From NCBI GenBank assembly GCA_046581755.1, contig JAYGFR010000103.1:32001-96000 (forward strand): a DNA stretch of 64,000 bases, in the 5' to 3' direction. This stretch comes from Nitrospinota bacterium. GTDB taxonomy: Bacteria; UBA8248. A program made the position numbers and the translations under genes. This document shows, in pieces, positions 56,542-64,000 of the stretch (the first letter of the stretch is position 1; the number at the start of each line of letters is the position of its first letter). The notes under the pieces were generated by a model that made no database searches, had not been told where the DNA came from, and saw only the letters and a list, made by a program, of their open reading frames with translations.

Positions 56542-58773
56542 TCACCGCCTCTCGATGCCCCAACGAAAACGGCTGACAAGGATGGTGGCCGGAAGAAAGA
56601 GCAAATCGCAAAGAACGGCGAGCAGTATCGTCACGCCGGTAAAAAAGGAAAAATGCACGACCGGTATAAAATTACCGATGACGCCGACCCAAAATCCCCC
56701 CGCAAGGACGAGCGCCGCGGCCGCGATTGGCTTCCCGGCGATACGGATCGTCCGGCGAACGGCCTCCTCCTTCGTTTGCCCCTCTTCCCGGAGAAAGTGG
56801 AACGTATAGAGAAAGTGGATGGTGCCGTCCACCACCAGCCCCATCGAAACGCTCGAGATCATCGCGGCCGGAACGTTCAGCGGGATGCCCAGCCAGCCCA
56901 TCAGCCCGAACACCGAGGCGATGGGGATCAAGTTGGGGATCACCGAGAGCGCCATCACCCGAATCGATCGGAACAAAACGCCGATTGTCGAGAGGACAAA
57001 AACCGCCGCCAATAGAAGCCCGGACACCTGCCTGGAGACCAAAACGGCGGACATATTGGCAAGGAGCAGGGTGTTCCCGGTCATTCGCAGCCACAGGCCG
57101 TCCCCCATCCGATCCCTGGCGAATTCCCGGATTCTATTGTGGAACGCCCGAAGCTCCGCCGTCCCGATGGATTTCATCCGGACAGCCACGCGGAGGCGCG
57201 TAAAATCATCGTTGATCCAGTGGCGGAGGCGGCGCCCCTTTGCCGATGAGGCCGCCGTGACCGCCGCGTAAAGAAGCTTTCCCTCCGCTCCGGGCGGGAT
57301 GGGCGACCGCCCTCCCCCCGCGGGCCTGCCCGAAGCGTGAATGAGCCCGTCCACCACCGAAAAGGTTTTCGTCACCGCTGGATGGGACTCCAGAAAATCC
57401 TGAAGCGCACCCACTTTTTCGAGCGATGCCCGATCGCCCACCTTCCCGCCGCCCGCCGCGCCGATCATGATCTCGAGGGAGTTCACCCCTCCCATGTGAT
57501 CATCGATGAACCGGGTCGCCCGGTAGAGGGGAGCGTCCGGGCGGAGGGTCCGGATGATGTCGGTGTCCACCACCAGGCGCGGCAGGCCGGACACCGCCAC
57601 CGCCGACAAAAGCACCGCCGCGATCATCACGGCCGCCGGGCGGCCGCTCACAACCTCCATCGACCAATCGAGCGCCCGATCCAGAACGCCGCGCCCGGCC
57701 GGACTCCGGAAGCCGCCGCCCCGGCCGGCGATGAAAACGACGATGAGGGGAAAAACGCTTATCGAGAGCAGAAACGAAATCATCACCCCGGCCGCGGCAA
57801 ACCAGGCGAAATCCTGAACGGCGGGAACGCCCAGCGCCGCCGTGGCCAGAAGACCCCCCGCCGTCGTCAGGGCCGACAAAAAACAGGGAGTCAGCACATT
57901 TCGGAGCGCGCTCCGGAGCGCCAGCCCGGGAGGCCGCCCATCGGCGGCGATCCGGGCGTAGTGGCTCAGGAAATGGATGATTCCGCCCAGGGAAACGATG
58001 ATGACCACCGGCGAGATGAGGCTCGTCACCGTGTTGATCTCTTTTCCAAAGAGGGCGAACAGGCCCAGCGTCCACAAGAGAGCGCATCCGACAAGAAGCG
58101 TCGCGAGAAGGGCGGTGGGGGCGCTTCGAAACAGGGCGAAGATGAGAATGGCGATCAGGACGAACATGAGGGGAACGATTCGGCTCTGGTCCTCGCGGAC
58201 ATAGGCCGAGATATCGTTTTTCTCGACCGGGATTCCCGCGATGAAGACCTGCGCGCCGGGTGAGGCGGGGCCAGAAGAGAGGCCGCGAAGCGCCTTCACG
58301 ATCCGCCCCCGGTAGGCGCGATCCCCATCGATGTGCTCGATCCAGACGATAATCGCAAACGAGCGGAAATCGGAGGATGCGAGAACGTCCGAATAGGCGG
58401 GGTCCTCAAGAAGGGTGCGCCGGGCCTCCTCCTCGTCGATCTTTTCCTCCGCCCCGCCCGAGGGCCGCAGCGGGCTCTGCACCATCCGGACGTTCGGAAT
58501 TCGGCGGGCTTTTTCCGCGAAGGTTTCGATCCTCTCGAGTGCGGCTGAATCGGCGGGCGCCCTCAGGCGAAGGGCCCCGACGATAAATTCGTCACTCCCG
58601 AAAATTTCGCGGAACTCCTCCAGATACCGGAAGGCCGGATCGTCCCGGGGGAGCATTTTCTCGTTCGAGGAATCCACCCGCAGACCGAATACCTGCCACC
58701 CGAAGAAAACGGTCAAAAGCACGAAGGCCGCCAGCACCCAGCCGAATCTTCGTAGTAGAAAGGTTCCGAACAT
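56542..58773 (-). CDS. MMPL/RND-family lipid exporter
   Basis: Two repeats with periplasmic loops. IHFL, SALTTAGG, GLVVDGTIHFL, LLFLPA. Confidence 0.9.
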   Translation of the reverse strand: MFGTFLLRRFGWVLAAFVLLTVFFGWQVFGLRVDSSNEKMLPRDDPAFRYLEEFREIFGSDEFIVGALRLRAPADSAALERIETFAEKARRIPNVRMVQSPLRPSGGAEEKIDEEEARRTLLEDPAYSDVLASSDFRSFAIIVWIEHIDGDRAYRGRIVKALRGLSSGPASPGAQVFIAGIPVEKNDISAYVREDQSRIVPLMFVLIAILIFALFRSAPTALLATLLVGCALLWTLGLFALFGKEINTVTSLISPVVIIVSLGGIIHFLSHYARIAADGRPPGLALRSALRNVLTPCFLSALTTAGGLLATAALGVPAVQDFAWFAAAGVMISFLLSISVFPLIVVFIAGRGGGFRSPAGRGVLDRALDWSMEVVSGRPAAVMIAAVLLSAVAVSGLPRLVVDTDIIRTLRPDAPLYRATRFIDDHMGGVNSLEIMIGAAGGGKVGDRASLEKVGALQDFLESHPAVTKTFSVVDGLIHASGRPAGGGRSPIPPGAEGKLLYAAVTAASSAKGRRLRHWINDDFTRLRVAVRMKSIGTAELRAFHNRIREFARDRMGDGLWLRMTGNTLLLANMSAVLVSRQVSGLLLAAVFVLSTIGVLFRSIRVMALSVIPNLIPIASVFGLMGWLGIPLNVPAAMISSVSMGLVVDGTIHFLYTFHFLREEGQTKEEAVRRTIRIAGKPIAAAALVLAGGFWVGVIGNFIPVVHFSFFTGVTILLAVLCDLLFLPATILVSRFRWGIERR

Positions 58774-59015
58774 ACAGGCCGACCTTTATTCCGGGCCCAG
58801 CGAATCTGGGGATGAAAAGATGGACGGAATTTCCTTGGCCGGGCTCGTTTGTAAATTCCGGCGTCATCCCTCCGGGCCGGAGGGGCGCCCCAGTCAATTC
58901 CTCGGGGACAGGAGAAAAGCGGAAACCAAAATATCGGGCCCGTCAACAGTTTCGAGAAAACCGGGCGGGGGGCGGAGGGGGGGCCGTCAAGGCCCGGGGC
59001 GGGATGGCGTTTCCC

Positions 59016-60071
59016 TCAATCCGGCCAGCAAATCAGGAGCTGCTCGATGCTGAAGCCGGGACCCATCGCCAGCAAAAGGCCGGTGTCCCCGCCCCGCGCC
59101 TGGCCGGATTGGAGAATTTCATCGAGAATCATGAGAATCGTCGATGAAGACACGTTTCCGCACTCGCTGAGGACTTTCCGGGAAAAGTACAGAGCCTCGT
59201 TCGTCACCCCGAGTTCGTCCCGGTAGACTTCGAGTATCCGCTTGCCGCCCGGATGAAGGAGCAGATGGTCGATCCCCTCGAGGGAAAGCTCGTTTTCCGC
59301 CAGAAACTCTTCCACGGTGGGCCGCACCCGCTCCTTCACGGCCTGGGGGATATTCTTCGAAAGAATGATCTGAAACCCCTTTTCGCCGAGCCTGAATCCC
59401 ATCAACCCGGTCGAATCCGGCAAGGTGGTCGTCCGCGAGTCTACGATCTCGGGCCGGCCGTTTTCGGGCCGCCCGCTCAAGACCGCGGCGGCGGCGCCAT
59501 CGCCGAAGATCGCCAACGAAACGATATTGTCCAACGAAAGATCGTCGAACTGAAAGGTCAGGGTGGGAAGTTCGACCGACACCAGAAGAACCCGGTGATC
59601 GGGAAATCCGAGAAGGTACTCCCGCGCCCTGGAGAGCCCAGCCGCGCCCGCCGCGCAGCCCAACTCGGTGATCGGAAGCCGCTTCGTCGCGGCGCCCATT
59701 CCGAGCTCGTCGATGAGATAGGCGTCCACCGAGGGGATCATGAAGCCCGTGCAGGAAACCGAGATGATCATGTCGATATCGCCGGGCGCCAGGCCCGCCG
59801 CCTCGATCGCCATCCGGCTCACCTTTGCGCCCAGGCGGATTATGTTCTCCTCGTATAGGCGGTTGCTTTCGGTCAGGGATTTGGGGCGGAATACTTCTTC
59901 GATGGGGAGAACCGACGAGCGCAGGTCCACCTCGGCGTTGCGGCACATCCGGACGGCGGTCTCCGGATTTCTTCCCGTCCCCGAGAGCCAGTCCGAAATC
60001 CAGGGTTCGGCGGCCGACTGGGGATACTTGTATTCGGCCAGCGTTTTTGCGGTGGAGAGCACAACGGCCAT
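59016..60071 (-). CDS. Type III polyketide synthase (chalcone synthase-like)
   Basis: VSCTGFMIPS, catalytic Cys (ELGCAAG), FGDG, His (HPGG), Asn (GNVSS), GPGF. Confidence 0.94.
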   Translation of the reverse strand: MAVVLSTAKTLAEYKYPQSAAEPWISDWLSGTGRNPETAVRMCRNAEVDLRSSVLPIEEVFRPKSLTESNRLYEENIIRLGAKVSRMAIEAAGLAPGDIDMIISVSCTGFMIPSVDAYLIDELGMGAATKRLPITELGCAAGAAGLSRAREYLLGFPDHRVLLVSVELPTLTFQFDDLSLDNIVSLAIFGDGAAAAVLSGRPENGRPEIVDSRTTTLPDSTGLMGFRLGEKGFQIILSKNIPQAVKERVRPTVEEFLAENELSLEGIDHLLLHPGGKRILEVYRDELGVTNEALYFSRKVLSECGNVSSSTILMILDEILQSGQARGGDTGLLLAMGPGFSIEQLLICWPD

Positions 60072-60314
60072 GCATCGATTCCTTTCAATGAATTTTTAAG
60101 CCAGGAAAATTCCGGCGAAACCGGCGCCCCGGCCACTATCCTCTAACTGCGCGCTGTTTCATACTCCCGCGATAATAACGATATACGGCACGGGGACTTG
60201 TCGCGGGCTTCCGCGCCCCTTATCCTTCTGGCATCCCCGGTCCGGGCCTCGGCGCGCGTTCCCGGCCGGGGCCATCCGTAGCGACTTTCGCAAGCCGATT
60301 TTCAGGACTCTTTC

Positions 60315-61055
60315 GTGAATCTTACCACCTTCGAACTAGCGGCCATCGCCCTGGGGGCGTTCGGGACCGGATTCTTCAAGTCCACCTTCAGCATGGCGAT
60401 CGGCCTGGTCCTCGTGCCGGTCATGCTCCTCTTCTGGCCCACGCGGTTCATCATCGGAACCATCGCGATCCACATGCTGATTTCGGACTATGCCGTTATC
60501 CACCGGTTTTGGAAGCAGTGGGAATGGAACCTAGCCAAATTGGTGATTCCCGGCTTCTATGCCGGCATCGTCGCCGGAACGAGCATCCTCGTGAATCTTC
60601 CCGACTTCTGGATTCGAAAATCCATCGGCGCCTCCTGCCTGGTTTTCATCCTCACCCGGACCTGGTCGGAGATCAAAGGCGCCCTTCCCGCCCTTCGGAT
60701 CGGCCGCCGCGCCGGATTCGCCATCGGCCTCGGGGGCGGCATCGTGAGCGCCATTACCCATACGGGGGGCACGGTGCTGACCCTCTACCTGCTCAGCCAG
60801 GGGGTGCAAAAAGTTCAGCTCGTCTCGACCATCATCGTCACCTGGATTCTCGTGAACCCGCTCAAGGTCGCCTCCTACTATGCCGGCGGGCTCCTCACCC
60901 CGGCCCTTCTTTTCGCCGGAGCGGCGTCCATCCCCTTCGCATTCGCGGGGGGATGGCTCGGGAGAAGGGTGCTAGACATGATGTCCCAGCGGGTTTTCAA
61001 CTTCTCCCTCCTCGGGCTGGCGGCGGCCACCGCCCTCCGTCTTCTTTGGGAATAG
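60315..61055 (+). CDS. TauE/SafE (TSUP) family exporter, copy 1
   Basis: About 8 TM helices, GGIVSAITHTGG, NPLKV, GGWLGRR. Confidence 0.85.
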   Translation: MNLTTFELAAIALGAFGTGFFKSTFSMAIGLVLVPVMLLFWPTRFIIGTIAIHMLISDYAVIHRFWKQWEWNLAKLVIPGFYAGIVAGTSILVNLPDFWIRKSIGASCLVFILTRTWSEIKGALPALRIGRRAGFAIGLGGGIVSAITHTGGTVLTLYLLSQGVQKVQLVSTIIVTWILVNPLKVASYYAGGLLTPALLFAGAASIPFAFAGGWLGRRVLDMMSQRVFNFSLLGLAAATALRLLWE

Positions 61056-61057
61056 AA

Positions 61058-61807
61058 TTGTTCGACTTCTCTCCGCTCCAGTGGGCGCTGATCTGCATCG
61101 CCGCCTTCGGCAACGGATTCCTCATGCGCACCTTCGGCGGCGGGGTCGGCATCACCCTGATGCCTGTGCTCGCCATCGGGTTTCCCGCCAAATTCGCCCT
61201 GGTGTACCTGGCGATTTGCACCTCCTGGGTGAGCCTGGGCATCGCCCGCCAGATGTGGCGCCACTGGGACCGCCGAATGGCCTATATCTTCTTTCCCGGC
61301 ATGGCGGCGGGCGTCATCCTCGGCGGATGGGTGCTGACCTGGATCCCCGAATATCATCTCCGCTTTTTCATCGGCGCCATTTGCCTGATCATCGCCGCCT
61401 ACCAGGTTTTCGTGGAACTGCGGGGAAGGCCGCCCAATATCGCTCCGATGCCGGTCTGGGCCGGAATCGGGATCGGCTCGATCAGCGGATTGAACTCCAC
61501 CCTGGCGAACGCCGGGGCCACCCTTCTGGTCCCCATTATGATCGGACAAAACCTCGCGCCGAGAATGATCGTGGGAACCATCTGGGCGATTTTTTTCCTC
61601 CTGAATCCCCTGCGGCTCGTAGCCTACTGGAACGCGGAGATACTCACCGTGCCCGTCGTATCGGCCACCGCCATCGCCATCCCCCTGCTTTGGGCGGGGG
61701 TGCGGAGCGGCGCTTGGCTCCAGCCCCGGCTCCCCCGGAGAGCGTTCAACTTGCTCGTCCTCTCCATCGCCCTGGCCGGCTCGATCCGGATCCTTTTGAC
61801 CGGCTAA
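61058..61807 (+). CDS. TauE/SafE (TSUP) family exporter, copy 2
   Basis: TTG start 2 nt after the upstream stop. FGGGVG, SGLNSTLANAG, NPLRL. Confidence 0.83.
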   Translation: MFDFSPLQWALICIAAFGNGFLMRTFGGGVGITLMPVLAIGFPAKFALVYLAICTSWVSLGIARQMWRHWDRRMAYIFFPGMAAGVILGGWVLTWIPEYHLRFFIGAICLIIAAYQVFVELRGRPPNIAPMPVWAGIGIGSISGLNSTLANAGATLLVPIMIGQNLAPRMIVGTIWAIFFLLNPLRLVAYWNAEILTVPVVSATAIAIPLLWAGVRSGAWLQPRLPRRAFNLLVLSIALAGSIRILLTG

Positions 61808-61918
61808 CCTCTCCCCATTGCTGGACACGCTTTCCCGCCAGGCCCTATAAGGGGCTCTCCGCCAAACGGCGGCGCCCCGGGCCGCCCGGGACGCCTCCCC
61901 ACTTCAGGAGATCGAATC

Positions 61919-62869
61919 GTGCGAACCGTCGTCCCCGACGATTATCCCCCCGTCATGACCGGAAGCCGCGGGGAGGAGCGCCTGGCCCAGCTGGGCGAGG
62001 TGGAGATCCATCCCATCGACTGCAAGGGGGGAAAGGAACTTCTTCGCCTCGCCGAGGGCGCCGGCGCCATCGTGAACATCCGTGCCCGGTGCCGTTTCGA
62101 CCGGGATTTTTTCGAGAAAGCCTCCGCCCTGCGGGTCCTCTCCATCTGGGGAACGGGAACGGATCATGTCGATCTCCCCGCCGCGAAGGAGGCGGGCGTC
62201 GTGGTCTCGAACACCCCCGGCGTCGCCGCCCACTCGGTCGCCGAGCACACCCTGGCCCTCATGTTGGCCGCCGCGCGGCAGATCCCCGCGAACGACGCCG
62301 CCCTCAGGCGGGACGAATGGCCGCGCGGGCAGATGACCCAACTGACGGGAAAAACGCTTGGCCTCATCGGCCTGGGGGCCATCGGCCGCCAGACGGCCCG
62401 CATCGCCCGCGGCATCGGGATGCGCCTGATCGCCTGGACGTTTCATCCCGACGACGCCTTCGCGAAAGAGTTGGAGATCGAGTGGGTCGAACTCGATGCG
62501 CTCTACGAGCGGGCCGATGTCGTGTCGATCCACGTGCGCCAAACGCCCGACACCGAGGGAATGGTCGGAGAAGAAGCCTTCGCGCGGATGAAGCCGGGCG
62601 CCATTCTGGTGAACACGGCGCGCGGGCCCATCGTGGACGAGGAGGCGCTTGTCCGGGCGCTGACCGAGGGCCCCCTCGCGGCGGCGGGCCTGGATGTGTT
62701 CGGAAAAGAACCGCTTCCCTCCGGCCATCCGATCGCCCGGCTGCCCAACGCCGTTCTCTCCCCGCACAACGCCGGCGTCACCCCGGAGGTGACCGAGGCA
62801 GGCCTGCTCATGGCCGCCGAGAATGTGGCCGCTTTTTTCGAGGGAAAACCGCAGAACGTCGTGACCTGA
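61919..62869 (+). CDS. D-isomer-specific 2-hydroxyacid dehydrogenase (SerA-like catalytic core)
   Basis: GTGTDHVD, SVAEHT, GLGAIG, VNTARG, GLDVF, SPHNAG. Confidence 0.92.
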   Translation: MRTVVPDDYPPVMTGSRGEERLAQLGEVEIHPIDCKGGKELLRLAEGAGAIVNIRARCRFDRDFFEKASALRVLSIWGTGTDHVDLPAAKEAGVVVSNTPGVAAHSVAEHTLALMLAAARQIPANDAALRRDEWPRGQMTQLTGKTLGLIGLGAIGRQTARIARGIGMRLIAWTFHPDDAFAKELEIEWVELDALYERADVVSIHVRQTPDTEGMVGEEAFARMKPGAILVNTARGPIVDEEALVRALTEGPLAAAGLDVFGKEPLPSGHPIARLPNAVLSPHNAGVTPEVTEAGLLMAAENVAAFFEGKPQNVVT

Positions 62870-62890
62870 TCGGAGACCGGAAACCCCCGC

Positions 62891-64000
62891 CTACCACCCG
62901 CCCGCGCTGGAGGCGCGGCGGGCGTCCGCCCCGCCGAGGAGGATGCCCGATTTCGGGTCCCGGACGATGCAGCAAACGCTCCCCAGAGATCGGGAGTAGT
63001 CCGGCACCTCTTCGAGCCGGTAGCCCCGCCCGCGCATGGCATCGCCCGATTCGCGGCAGATGCGCGCCTCCGCGAACGTGCGGCCGGGGTCGTAGCGGTG
63101 GGGCCAGAACGAGTTGGGAAAGTTCATGCTCGCCGCCCGGGGCGCCTCGACCGCTATCTGGGGAAGTATCCCGAAATCGACGATGTTCAAAAACACCTGG
63201 AGCATCGCCTGGGGCTGGACATCTCCGCCGGGGGTTCCGAAGGTCATGAATATTTCGCCCTCCCGGAGGGCGAGGGCCGGGTTCGGGCTCAGGCGGGGGC
63301 GCTTCCCCGGGGCCGCCGCGCTCGGATGCCCCTCCTCGAGCCAGCTCTGCGAGCCTCGCCCGGAGACGGTGCAGCCGACGCCCGGAATGATCGGGGTGTC
63401 GGCCGAGGGGTCCGAGGGGGTGGCCGAGAAGGCATTGCCCTCGGCGTCGATCACCGTGCAGTAGGAGGTGTCCTCGGACGTCCCGGCCGGGCCCGCCGCC
63501 GCGCGCGGCGGAGCGGGAGCCCCGCCCGGGTGGCCGTTTCGCGCGGTAGAGGCGGCCTCCTGGTATGTCCAGGGATCGCCCGCAGGCGCCATTTCGCCGA
63601 ACGCCTCCGCACCCTCGAGCAGCTTCGCCCGCTCGGCCGCGTAGGCTTTCGAGAGAATCCCCTCGATGGGTACATCCACGAATTCCGGATCCCCGTAGTA
63701 GCGGTGCCGGTCGGCGAAGGACAGATCGAGCGCCGAAAGTATCCTGTGAAGATAATCGGGCGAGTTGTGGCCCAGGGCGGGGAGATCCGAGGATTCGAGC
63801 AGGTTGAGCGTCGCCGGAACAACGGGGCCCTGGCACCAGGGACCGCAGCCATACACCTCGTATCCCCGGTACACGATTCGAATGGGCTCCTCTTCCTGGA
63901 CATGGCAATCGGCCAAATCCTCCATCGTGAGGACCCCGCCGTTCGCCTGGACGAAATCGGTGACCCTTCTCGCCGTCTCTCCCCGGAAGATTTCATCCCG
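62891..64000 (-). CDS. ggt: Gamma-glutamyltransferase family protein, 5' end outside the window
   Basis: Frame is open to the window edge. YRGYEV, FADR..YGDP, nucleophile DTSY, PGKRP, GTPGGDVQPQ, GGADARR. Confidence 0.92.
   Translation of the reverse strand, partial: RDEIFRGETARRVTDFVQANGGVLTMEDLADCHVQEEEPIRIVYRGYEVYGCGPWCQGPVVPATLNLLESSDLPALGHNSPDYLHRILSALDLSFADRHRYYGDPEFVDVPIEGILSKAYAAERAKLLEGAEAFGEMAPAGDPWTYQEAASTARNGHPGGAPAPPRAAAGPAGTSEDTSYCTVIDAEGNAFSATPSDPSADTPIIPGVGCTVSGRGSQSWLEEGHPSAAAPGKRPRLSPNPALALREGEIFMTFGTPGGDVQPQAMLQVFLNIVDFGILPQIAVEAPRAASMNFPNSFWPHRYDPGRTFAEARICRESGDAMRGRGYRLEEVPDYSRSLGSVCCIVRDPKSGILLGGADARRASSAGGW

Overview
GC-rich (visually about two-thirds G+C), gene-dense chromosomal window from a diderm bacterium, with about 57 CDS. 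I saw no rRNA, tRNA, CRISPR array, integrase or transposase. The left end is housekeeping: S4-domain protein, two SurA/PrsA-type PPIases, mfd, rodZ-like, and DAHP synthase. The rest is mostly heterotrophic catabolism with many paralogs: 3 quinone-reductase-type MDRs, 3 tandem MBL hydrolases, 2 acyl-CoA ligases, 3 VOC proteins, 2 TauE, 2 hydroxyacid dehydrogenases, a TAXI-TRAP transporter and a citrate synthase/aconitase/PrpF cluster. The top observations are: (1) an unannotated leader-peptide transcription attenuator upstream of DAHP synthase whose 29-aa leader carries Trp-Trp and Phe-Tyr-Phe-x-Phe control codons, so it apparently senses all three aromatic amino acids; (2) a selenium-dependent Mo-hydroxylase maturation operon (yqeB, yqeC, xdhC) with a CbbQ/NorQ-type AAA+ ATPase and VWA partner translationally coupled inside it; (3) a divergent chlorite-dismutase-like protein that keeps the proximal His and distal Arg spacing; (4) orphan defence genes (AbiJ-like/HEPN-like and ThsB-like TIR); (5) a type III PKS plus MMPL exporter; (6) an autocleavage-dead CI/LexA-like repressor. 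Several single-base frameshifts in homopolymers may be assembly errors. All family calls come from motif recognition by eye, not database searches.
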